Positions 20,228-29,056 of a stretch of DNA of 34,563 bases are shown here, in pieces. A model generated the notes under the pieces. That model was not told the DNA's origin and did no database searches. It saw nothing but the letters and a program-made list of their open reading frames with translations. The number at the start of each line of letters is the position of its first letter. Position 1 is the stretch's first letter. The stretch is from Candidatus Hermodarchaeota archaeon (lineage in GTDB: Archaea; Asgardarchaeota; Lokiarchaeia; Sigyniarchaeales; SOKP01): NCBI GenBank assembly GCA_048885925.1, contig JBHLLG010000027.1, forward strand, positions 1 through 34,563, read 5' to 3'. Made by a program: the position numbers and the translations under genes.

Positions 20228-21105
20228 TAACCTGTTATTCCATATTTTTTATAAACTAGATTGAAAAGAAATACGCCTATTAACGGTAAAATTATTGAAG
20301 TACCTATCAATATGATAAAGTGGAAAGGGTAATTTTCAATTGTAATTATTAAATTATCTTGAATCCAAGTTATTCGTAAAAAGTCAAAGATATAATAGAG
20401 AGGGTTTAAATTGATTATCCTTTGAATAAATTCTGGAAATATTTCAAAAGGATAAGTGATACAGCTAAACCAAAAAACGAAGAGTAATAAAAATGATAAA
20501 ACATTCCATACATTTTCATTTGAAATAGCAAAAACTCCAAGAATTAATCCTATGCCACTAAAAATTAAGGCAATCAAAAAAAATATTGAAATAACAAAAA
20601 TTATTGTAATTATTGAAATGGGCTCCCAAATCATGCCTAAAATAAAAAACAGAATAAAAGGAAAGGAAATTATTGCTAGATGAGAAAAAAAAATTCCAAA
20701 TAAAAGGTTGAATCTATTAAAAGGTCCAATTATTAAAGCAGGAAGCGTTTTCCAATACTTTTCTCCAAGAAATTGGCTAGGGAATGTATTAACTATTCCT
20801 GAAATCAACATTATGTTATATGCAATAAATTGGTATAAGATAAAATTTTGATTGGTCCAAAAGCCTATATTAACTCTAAAATCAAAGATATTATACATTA
20901 TAATAAGTGGTGTAAAAATCGCAATTATGTGATTTATATATGATAAAACTAATCCCAATTTATATCTTAATGATAATTTAATATTTTTTTCAGTTAAAGC
21001 TAAAATTTGTGATATATTTTCCTTTATGGTTTTTAATTTTATCATTTTATTAAACTCATCATTTATTTTAATATAATTTTTAATCTCTTTAACTTCTTTT
21101 TTCAA
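20224..21105 (-). CDS. ABC-2 type transporter permease
   Basis: About six TM segments, EKYWKTL loop, YP...P...LNPLYY..D..R motif of ABC-2 permeases; adjoins the ATPase gene. Confidence 0.9.
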   Translation of the reverse strand: MKKEVKEIKNYIKINDEFNKMIKLKTIKENISQILALTEKNIKLSLRYKLGLVLSYINHIIAIFTPLIIMYNIFDFRVNIGFWTNQNFILYQFIAYNIMLISGIVNTFPSQFLGEKYWKTLPALIIGPFNRFNLLFGIFFSHLAIISFPFILFFILGMIWEPISIITIIFVISIFFLIALIFSGIGLILGVFAISNENVWNVLSFLLLFVFWFSCITYPFEIFPEFIQRIINLNPLYYIFDFLRITWIQDNLIITIENYPFHFIILIGTSIILPLIGVFLFNLVYKKYGITGY

Positions 21106-21163
21106 ATAATTCCTTAATTAAGAGAATCAAATTATTTATAATTATGCTTTAACAACTTTTAAT

Positions 21164-21943
21164 TTAATTATATTTTATAACGCCAATACCTGCCCAATTT
21201 TCACCATCGTTGCTTATAAATTCTTTATAATTGTATTTTTTCTTGAGTTCATTCCAAAGTTTGTAAACTCCACAATTTAGTTCAACAGAATGTTCTACTA
21301 TATCATGGAATGCAATTAAGCCTTCTTTTTTAACAAATGGACAAAAATCTTCAAAATCTTGTTTTACTCCTTTATAAGTATGATCCCCATCAATAAATAA
21401 TACATCTAATTTTTTTTTTTTTAAAATTTTTTTAACTTTTTTCTTTGCTATCGGTTTATGTGAATCAAGTCTTAAAAAATAAATCTTCTGATTTTTTAAT
21501 TTGAATGATCTGTAAAAAGGAATTTTTATTGGTGAATAACTTCTTCCGGCACGAGCAGAAGGTAAGTCTATGGTAATTAAAATGGCGTCTTCACTTGCAC
21601 ATCTTGTTAAAAATGATAATGTTCCACCATCATATGTACCAATTTCAAGAATGATTTTAGGTTTAATTTTATAGTACAACTTCAGAAATTCAATTATCTC
21701 CTCTTTTTTTTGAAATAACTTAATACCAACTTTAAATTGTGATTTTTTATGAAGAGAATAAAAGAATGAATCTACAAGACTATAATAATCATCTAGAGTT
21801 GCACATTCCAATGAGAGTTTTTTAAATTTTAAACCTGCTTTAAATGAGATAAATTTTGCATATAGATTAAATATTTCAAACTGATCTATCAAAATATGAC
21901 CAGATTTTCCTTCTAAGAATTTTCTAAACCACGCCACAAACAT
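21164..21943 (-). CDS. Class I SAM-dependent methyltransferase (Methyltransf_24-like, probable sugar O-methyltransferase)
   Basis: LEIGTYDGGT, TIDLP, DSH, LFIDGDHTY..V..DF, AFHD, GIGV. Confidence 0.88.
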   Translation of the reverse strand: MFVAWFRKFLEGKSGHILIDQFEIFNLYAKFISFKAGLKFKKLSLECATLDDYYSLVDSFFYSLHKKSQFKVGIKLFQKKEEIIEFLKLYYKIKPKIILEIGTYDGGTLSFLTRCASEDAILITIDLPSARAGRSYSPIKIPFYRSFKLKNQKIYFLRLDSHKPIAKKKVKKILKKKKLDVLFIDGDHTYKGVKQDFEDFCPFVKKEGLIAFHDIVEHSVELNCGVYKLWNELKKKYNYKEFISNDGENWAGIGVIKYN

Positions 21944-22152
21944 TTTGATTCAAATATTCCAAATATAGATTACTATTGACTATAAATTTTGATAAGATTT
22001 TAATTTTATTCAGTAAAATATGAAATTTAGATGCATATCTACATTTATCTAATTTATTTTCATTAGTCTAATCCATGTAATTAGAAAAATTTAAGAAATT
22101 TCAAACTCTTTTACGTTCAAGAAGAATTTTAGAGTAAAACTAATGTATTTTT

Positions 22153-23139
22153 ATGGAAAAACTAATTTCTATAATAATAATAAATTATAATAATTATTCC
22201 TATACTTTTGAATGTTTGAAATCATTAAGAAATCAAACTTATAAAAATTTTGAAGTATTACTTGTTGATAATGGTTCAAAATATGACCTATTTCTGAAAA
22301 TGAAAGAAAAATTAAATCAATTTAATAATATCTTAAACATAAAATTAATTCGAAATATTATAAATCTATATTTTGGAGCGGGAAATAATAAAGCAATAAA
22401 AGAAGCAAGAGGGGAATATATTTGTTTGTTAAATAATGATACAGAAGTTTTACCCGATTTTATTGAGAAAATGGTTGATTTTTTAGAGAAACATCCTGGT
22501 GCTGGTATGATATCACCAAAAATTAAATTATATCCACAAAAGCAATATATTTGGAATGCTGGTAACCATATTAATTTCAAAACTTCCATTGTTGCCACAA
22601 ATCGAGGATATTTAGAATTTGATCCAAATGATTTAAAATATTCAGAAATAGAACTTAACGATTTTGCTGCGGGAACAGCACTTTTTATTAAAAAAAAATA
22701 TCTTGAGAAAATTGGATTAATTGATGAAATTTATTTCATGTATTGGGAAGATCCTGATTGGAATTTCAGAGCAAAGGAGCTCGGATATGAAAGTTATTAT
22801 GTTCCAACAACAATAGTATATCATAAAATCCCAGTAAATGAGAAAATAAGTACAAAAAGACAAATATTTAATGACTATTTCTTTAAAAGAAATAAACAAA
22901 TTTTTGTATGGAAATTTGCATCAATAAAGGAATTAATTATTTTTTATTTTAAATTCTCTTTAGCCATCTTATCAGAATTTCTTAAAAGATTATGGTATCG
23001 AGCTTTTCCTATTTTAATTATAAATATTATTTCAATTTGGCATGGTTTTAGGATTGGTTTAAAGAGAAGAACCCATCGATCTTGTAGGAAATATCTTATT
23101 AAAGATTACTTCTATATTAAAAAGCTTCAAAAATTTTAA
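22153..23139 (+). CDS. GT2 glycosyltransferase (WbbL/rhamnosyltransferase-like), paralog 1
   Basis: SIIIINYN, VDNGS, GAGNN, LLNND, YFMYWEDPDW, VYH. Confidence 0.92.
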   Translation: MEKLISIIIINYNNYSYTFECLKSLRNQTYKNFEVLLVDNGSKYDLFLKMKEKLNQFNNILNIKLIRNIINLYFGAGNNKAIKEARGEYICLLNNDTEVLPDFIEKMVDFLEKHPGAGMISPKIKLYPQKQYIWNAGNHINFKTSIVATNRGYLEFDPNDLKYSEIELNDFAAGTALFIKKKYLEKIGLIDEIYFMYWEDPDWNFRAKELGYESYYVPTTIVYHKIPVNEKISTKRQIFNDYFFKRNKQIFVWKFASIKELIIFYFKFSLAILSEFLKRLWYRAFPILIINIISIWHGFRIGLKRRTHRSCRKYLIKDYFYIKKLQKF

Positions 23140-23147
23140 TTTTATTT

Positions 23148-24038
23148 TTAAATTTCTTTTAAAGATCTCCCTACACATAAAATACTAGCAGTAGCTATCC
23201 AGGGGGAAATTCCCTCCATAATCCGAGAAATTAATTTCCCAACCTTATTTAATTCAAAATTAACACTATACCTTTTTCTTAAAAAAGGGAAATCAAGACC
23301 TAAACCTATAGCATGGTCTTTCGAATCAAAAAAGTCATGAGGTAGTGTTTCAATTACATTAAAGTTTGAATGGTTCAAGAACATATGCAACTCTTTAATA
23401 GTAAACCTATATTCTAAGAAATGATAATATTTCTTTCTTTTTTTCTTTTTTAATTTATTTCTATCAGTCTTTTTTAAAAGTTTAGGTTTTTCAAAAAAAT
23501 CTTTTACTTTTGTAAATATATTATATGTTCTATTGATAATATTAAGAATAGGTTGAATAAAGATTTTTCTAACAATATTAACTGTTGGTGTGGATATAAT
23601 AATTAATCCATTAGGCTTTAATACTCTGTATGCTTCTTTTAAAGCTAAAGTAGGACCTTCTTCAAAATGCTCAATTACTCCCATGGAAATATAAACATCA
23701 AAATAATTATCGGGGTACATGAGCTTTGTAATATTTCCTATCTCCACCTGAAGTAAATTATTAAATTCTTTTAACTTTTTAATGGTTAACTCATTATTAT
23801 CAATACCTATAATATCATATCCCTTTTGATTAAGATAGATAACCCATTTTCCAAAACCACATCCTGCATCAAGAATTTTGTAGTTTTTATTTAAATATTT
23901 GAGAAAAATTACTCTTGGGGTTGTTTCTATTTTAATCGTACTTAAGTTTTGTTCAATAATTCCGTTAAACCAAACTCTATCTGATGAAATATATCTTGGA
24001 TTATTATTAATGACAAAAAGTTTACGCATATATTTCAA
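23148..24038 (-). CDS. Class I SAM-dependent methyltransferase (Methyltransf_11-like)
   Basis: ILDAGCGFG, GID, FDVYISMGVIEHF, RVLKPNG. Confidence 0.9.
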   Translation of the reverse strand: MKYMRKLFVINNNPRYISSDRVWFNGIIEQNLSTIKIETTPRVIFLKYLNKNYKILDAGCGFGKWVIYLNQKGYDIIGIDNNELTIKKLKEFNNLLQVEIGNITKLMYPDNYFDVYISMGVIEHFEEGPTLALKEAYRVLKPNGLIIISTPTVNIVRKIFIQPILNIINRTYNIFTKVKDFFEKPKLLKKTDRNKLKKKKRKKYYHFLEYRFTIKELHMFLNHSNFNVIETLPHDFFDSKDHAIGLGLDFPFLRKRYSVNFELNKVGKLISRIMEGISPWIATASILCVGRSLKEI

Positions 24039-24061
24039 CTCGAGTTTTAAGATATATGATA

Positions 24062-25615
24062 TTAAATTTTTACATTTTTCAAAGCTTTCTTAATTATAGA
24101 TTTTTCTTTTTTAGTGAAGATTTTAGCCAAATTTTCTGGATTTCTTATGCTTTTTAGGTGTTGTTCTAAATGATTTTTCATATTATTATATTCTTCATGG
24201 TTTTCCGAAATTATATTAACTTGTTCATAGGGATCATTAATTAGATCATAAAATTCTTCAATTTTATCTTCATATTTAATATATTTGAAAAATTTAGATC
24301 GTGCAAAATAAATATTAAAAAATAATTTTGGAATTAAAGAAGGTTTAATATACCTTTTGAAAGTTTTTATTAGACTTAGCATTTCTTTTTTCGATTTTAA
24401 ATGTTCTCCAAATATATATTTTGGAGTCATTCTATTGTTTATTTGATGTATTATCGACTTCTGAAGGTTTAAAGATTTATCTTCGTCATTAGGAAATCCT
24501 ATTAAGTGAAGTATTGTGTAAAATAAATCTTTTAATTCAATCTGATCATCTATGATTTGGTGGTTTAATTTTGTATTATATATAATAAGTGGAACCTTTA
24601 ATTGTGAATCAAATACGCTTTGATATACACCATGTCCATATAAATAATGATCAAGTTGGGAACAAAGATGTTCACCATGATCAGATGTAATAATTACATA
24701 TGAATTGTCCAATATTCCTAATTTATTTAAAATTTGAATTAATTTTTCTATAATTAAATCACAGTAATAAACACATGAATCATAAAGCTTCTTAAATGCT
24801 TTAATTTGATTCTCATTTAAAAATTTGGATCTGAGATTAACTCTATTAAAATATATTCCTGGATTTAAGAGAAAATGCTTTAAAATTTTAATATCTTTAG
24901 AAGTAATATTAAAATAACTCAATACTTCTTTAATAGGGATATAAGGACTATGAGTTGCCATTATATTAAAAAACAGATAAAGTGGTTTTCCATCCAAGTG
25001 GTTATGTAAAATATCAATGTAGTTTTCTAAAATGTTTATTGTATTTTTATACTCGTATAAAAAACTTTTCCAAAAGATAGTCCTTATTATTCTCTTGTTA
25101 GTATTTTCAATTATTAGATTAATGATTTTCCATGAATCCAAAAAACGATCAGATTTTATTCGTTTAACTATAAATTTATTGAAAAGATTCAACAATAAAT
25201 TCATAGGTTTTATTATTTTACTTTTACTCAAATTAAAATAAGATAAGCCATAATTATATAGAATTTTGTGAAATCCTCTAGTTATTCTGAAATATGTATT
25301 AACCCATGGATTTTCGCTATAACAGATTGTATAATATCCTTGATCTTTTAAAATTTCTGTTAATATAGGAACCCTTTCGCTTAATCTATCAAGATGTCTA
25401 CCAGTTAGTTTAATTTGTGTAGGATATAACCCTGTAAACATAGATAAATGAGAAGGTAATGTCCATGTACTATTTGAAATACAATTTTTGAAATATAATG
25501 AGTTATTTAGTAATTTTTTAATATTTGGAGTTAATAATTTACCATCATGAGTGGCATTTATTTTATCTGCTCTTAACGAGTCTAATATAATGAGAATGAT
25601 ATTTGGAAGCGTCAG
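24062..25615 (-). CDS. Sulfatase-like / alkaline phosphatase superfamily enzyme with Thr nucleophile; probable CTG start
   Basis: The frame extends upstream of the ORF-track ATG (25441) to LTLPNIILIILDSLRADK...TPNIKKL...FKNCISNSTWTLPSHLSMFTGLYP. Also NIMATHSPY, TSDHGE, GHG, VPLII and YDL..DP.E motifs. Confidence 0.85.
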   Translation of the reverse strand: MTLPNIILIILDSLRADKINATHDGKLLTPNIKKLLNNSLYFKNCISNSTWTLPSHLSMFTGLYPTQIKLTGRHLDRLSERVPILTEILKDQGYYTICYSENPWVNTYFRITRGFHKILYNYGLSYFNLSKSKIIKPMNLLLNLFNKFIVKRIKSDRFLDSWKIINLIIENTNKRIIRTIFWKSFLYEYKNTINILENYIDILHNHLDGKPLYLFFNIMATHSPYIPIKEVLSYFNITSKDIKILKHFLLNPGIYFNRVNLRSKFLNENQIKAFKKLYDSCVYYCDLIIEKLIQILNKLGILDNSYVIITSDHGEHLCSQLDHYLYGHGVYQSVFDSQLKVPLIIYNTKLNHQIIDDQIELKDLFYTILHLIGFPNDEDKSLNLQKSIIHQINNRMTPKYIFGEHLKSKKEMLSLIKTFKRYIKPSLIPKLFFNIYFARSKFFKYIKYEDKIEEFYDLINDPYEQVNIISENHEEYNNMKNHLEQHLKSIRNPENLAKIFTKKEKSIIKKALKNVKI

Positions 25616-25921
25616 TTTAGAAAATCAACAAAATGACTCTTAAAATTTATTCTTTAATTTAATTTAACTTTTTTAAAAAAATTTTTGATTCTCTTAAATT
25701 ACTTGTAATATAGTAAATTAATTTAAATTAGATATAATTCTTTTGATGTTATTTTAAATTTATAATCAACCGTCTAATTTGATTAAGAGTCTAAAAATTT
25801 AAAGAATAATTAAAAATTAGCCTTTATTGATTTGATATTAAAATAAACTCAATCAAAAAACTTTAAGTTTTTTCGAATTCTTTCAAATTCAAATACTATC
25901 TTACTATATCATTAACTTGTT

Positions 25922-26902
25922 ATGGAAAAATTAGTTTCTGTAATAATAGTGAATTATAATAATTATCAATATACTATTGAATGCTTGAAATCATTAAGTA
26001 TTCAAACTTATCAAAATTTTGAAGTTTTACTTGTTGATAATGGCTCGAAATTTAATTTATATATGAAGTTAAAAGAGGAATTAAATCAGTTTAGAAATTT
26101 ATTAAACATAAATTTAATTAAAAATAATAAAAATCTCTATTTTGGAGCTGGTAATAATAAAGCTATCAAAATAGCTAATGGAGAATATATCTGCTTATTA
26201 AATAATGATGTAGTTGTAGAAAGAGATTTTTTAGAAAAAATGGTAGATTTTTTAGAAAAACATCCTGATGCTGGTATGATTACTCCAAAAATTAAATTCT
26301 ATGAAAATAAACAAGTAATATGGAATGCAGGAGCTTTTATTAATTTTAGAACAACAAAAATAGTGAAAAATCGTGGATTTTTAGAATATGATCCGATGAA
26401 TCAAAAATATAATGAAATTGAGACAATAGGATATGCACCAGGGACAGCATTATTCCTAAAAAAGAAAATAATTAAAGATATTGGATTAATTGATGAAATT
26501 TTCATGATGTATCATGAAGATCCAGATTGGAATTTAAGAGTGCAAATGAAAGGATACAAAAGTTATTATGTTCCAACTACAATTGTTTATCATAATGTTC
26601 CTATTGATATTAAAAAAAGAGGTTCTTTATTTTCTTATTACTTTTTCAAAAGAAATTCTCAAATAATAATCTGGAAACATGCGAAATTCCGAGATATTTT
26701 TATTTTTTATGTCTGGTATTCCTTTATGAATTTTCTTGAAACACTCTATTATTTTATTAAAAGGAAGAAAAAAATACATTTTGTACAATTTAATTCAATA
26801 TGGCATGGTTTTAGAATAGGAATTAAAAGAAGAACAAATAGATCATGTAAAAAATATCTTCTTAATGATTATCATTATGCCCAATATATTCAAAAACTAT
26901 AA
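25922..26902 (+). CDS. GT2 glycosyltransferase (WbbL-like), paralog 2
   Basis: Same motifs as 22153-23139 with near-colinear sequence (VDNGS, LLNND, YHEDPDW). Confidence 0.92.
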   Translation: MEKLVSVIIVNYNNYQYTIECLKSLSIQTYQNFEVLLVDNGSKFNLYMKLKEELNQFRNLLNINLIKNNKNLYFGAGNNKAIKIANGEYICLLNNDVVVERDFLEKMVDFLEKHPDAGMITPKIKFYENKQVIWNAGAFINFRTTKIVKNRGFLEYDPMNQKYNEIETIGYAPGTALFLKKKIIKDIGLIDEIFMMYHEDPDWNLRVQMKGYKSYYVPTTIVYHNVPIDIKKRGSLFSYYFFKRNSQIIIWKHAKFRDIFIFYVWYSFMNFLETLYYFIKRKKKIHFVQFNSIWHGFRIGIKRRTNRSCKKYLLNDYHYAQYIQKL

Positions 26903-26960
26903 TCTATAAGGATTATTTAAAATTTGATGAATTTTAATTAATATAGATTAAATGATTTCA

Positions 26961-26977
26961 AAAAAAGTCTTTATTAT
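26961..26977 (+). promoter_or_regulatory. Putative archaeal BRE + TATA box (AAAAAAGTC-TTTATTAT) for 27002 gene, implying a leaderless transcript
   Basis: Purine-rich run followed by TTTATTAT, 25-32 nt upstream of the ATG. The AT-rich background limits confidence. Confidence 0.35.
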
Positions 26978-27001
26978 ACATACTTAAAAAGGTCAATTTT
27001 T

Positions 27002-27985
27002 ATGGAAAGATTAGTATCTGTTATAATTTTAAATTATAATCAATATAGTTATACCTTAGATTGTTTAAGATCGTTAAAGAATCAAACTTACGGAAATTTT
27101 GAAGTTTTTATTTTAGATAACGGCTCCAAATATAAATTATATTTGGATTTTAAAAAGAAGCTTGATGAATTTAACTCTATTTTCAAAATTAAGTTAATTA
27201 GAAGTAATATTAATTTATATTTTGTTAGTGGTAGTAATAAAGCTATAAAATTGGTCAACGGAGATTATGTATGTCTATTAAATTACGATGCAATTGTTAA
27301 TCGTGATTTTATTGAAAAAATGGTTGAATTTTTAGATACTCATCCAGACGCGGGAATGATTACTCCTAAGATTAAAATTTATAAAAACAAAAATTTTTTA
27401 TGGAATACAGGAGCATTTCTTAATTTTAAGTCCGCTATTGTTATTGGTAATCGAGGTTATTTAGAATATGATCCACACGATCAAAAATATAATAAAATAG
27501 AAACTATAGCTTTTGCTCCAGGAACGGCAGTTTTTGTAAATAAGAAAGTAATAGACGAGATTGGTTTAATGGATGAAATTTTTTTTATGTATCATGAAGA
27601 TCCTGATTGGAATTTACGAGCTCAGATGAAAGGATATATATCATACTATGTTCCGACGACAACAGTATATCACAATATTCCACGATTTATTAACGAGAAG
27701 AGAATGATTTTTAATCATCATCTCTTTACTAGAAATTCCCAAATACTAGTTTGGAAACACGCAAAATTCATTGATATTTTATTTTTTTATTATATTTTCT
27801 CTGTAATGAATTTAACAATAATACTTTTAAATTTCCTTACAAGAAAGTTTAAATCTATTATTATAAGGTTTAATTCTATTTGGCAAGGGTTTAGAATAGG
27901 TCTTAAGAGAAGAACAAATCGATCATGTAGGAAATATCTCATTTCTGATTTTTATTATATTAAAAAAAAGATCCAAACTTTTTGA
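27002..27985 (+). CDS. GT2 glycosyltransferase (WbbL-like), paralog 3
   Basis: LDNGS, LLNYD, YHEDPDW; same C-terminal motif as the other two paralogs. Confidence 0.92.
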   Translation: MERLVSVIILNYNQYSYTLDCLRSLKNQTYGNFEVFILDNGSKYKLYLDFKKKLDEFNSIFKIKLIRSNINLYFVSGSNKAIKLVNGDYVCLLNYDAIVNRDFIEKMVEFLDTHPDAGMITPKIKIYKNKNFLWNTGAFLNFKSAIVIGNRGYLEYDPHDQKYNKIETIAFAPGTAVFVNKKVIDEIGLMDEIFFMYHEDPDWNLRAQMKGYISYYVPTTTVYHNIPRFINEKRMIFNHHLFTRNSQILVWKHAKFIDILFFYYIFSVMNLTIILLNFLTRKFKSIIIRFNSIWQGFRIGLKRRTNRSCRKYLISDFYYIKKKIQTF

Positions 27986-28166
27986 AAATATATTTTATAG
28001 TTTCTAAATTGATTTATTTTATAATTAGAATTGTATAAATACAAAAAGTTTTTCAAAATAATCTAAAATTTTGGAAATTTTACTTTATTTCATGGATTTA
28101 CTTCTTTTCTATTTGGTTTTTCTTTAAAATCTTTAAATTTTTACTATTTAAATTAAGAAACTAGCA

Positions 28167-29042
28167 TTATTTAATGAAGAGAATTCCTATACCGAATCCG
28201 TCTTGATTCCAGTTTTCGACTATCTCCCGAAAGTTAAATTCATTTCGAATATTATTCCAGAAATTAGGTACATCACCAACTTTTTTATATGAACTAGAAA
28301 CAATATCGTGAAAACATACCAATCCACCAGATTTGACTAAGGGCTTATACATTTCAAAATCTCGCTTTAAACCTTCATAACTATGATCTCCATCAATGAA
28401 TAACACATCAATTTTTCTATCATTTAATACTTTTTTAATACTATTGAATGTAGAAAACTTATGAGAATCATCCCTTATTAATATAACTTTTTGTTTTTTT
28501 TTGGTAAAAATTTTAAAAAAGGAAGGGTTATTTGGAAATTTTCGCCCTCCTACAAATATTTCTGGTAAATCAACGGATATTAATAGCGCATCTGGAGCTG
28601 AAAATCTTGATAACAAAAAAAGTGTACCTCCCATTGCTGTCCCTATATCAAGAATTATTTTTGGTTTAATTGATTTGATTAATTTTAGATACTCAATCAA
28701 TTCAAATCTATTCTGAAAACTAACTATGTGAATTTTATGAGTTAATGAAGAGGGAATATCAGAAAGAATAAAGTAAAACGATAAACCAATATCGACAATC
28801 TCTTCCATATTTTTCGCCTTGTGAATTAATCTCTTAAGCTCCCTTAATGCAAGGTTATTTGTAGTTTTTATTGCTAAATTTTTAAGGTTGTCTCCACTTA
28901 AAGAAAAAAATTTGTTTATACCATATCCTCCTCTGAGAACAATATGATAAAAGAGCAAGCTTCCAATTGATTTAGATGTTATATTTTTAAAAAAATGTGT
29001 TAAAAGTCTATCAATCAATTTTCTAAATTTTTCACTAAACAT
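28167..29042 (-). CDS. Class I SAM-dependent methyltransferase (Methyltransf_24-like), paralog of 21164-21943
   Basis: LDIGTAMGGT, SVDLP, DSH, LFIDGDHSY, CFHD, GIGI. Confidence 0.88.
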   Translation of the reverse strand: MFSEKFRKLIDRLLTHFFKNITSKSIGSLLFYHIVLRGGYGINKFFSLSGDNLKNLAIKTTNNLALRELKRLIHKAKNMEEIVDIGLSFYFILSDIPSSLTHKIHIVSFQNRFELIEYLKLIKSIKPKIILDIGTAMGGTLFLLSRFSAPDALLISVDLPEIFVGGRKFPNNPSFFKIFTKKKQKVILIRDDSHKFSTFNSIKKVLNDRKIDVLFIDGDHSYEGLKRDFEMYKPLVKSGGLVCFHDIVSSSYKKVGDVPNFWNNIRNEFNFREIVENWNQDGFGIGILFIK

Positions 29043-29056
29043 TTTGATATAAACTT

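Noticed and set aside
23430-23490. Polybasic stretch KKTDRNKLKKKKRKK in the methyltransferase resembling a nuclear localisation signal
   Set aside because: Lys runs are common across this AT-rich window, and nothing indicates a targeting function.
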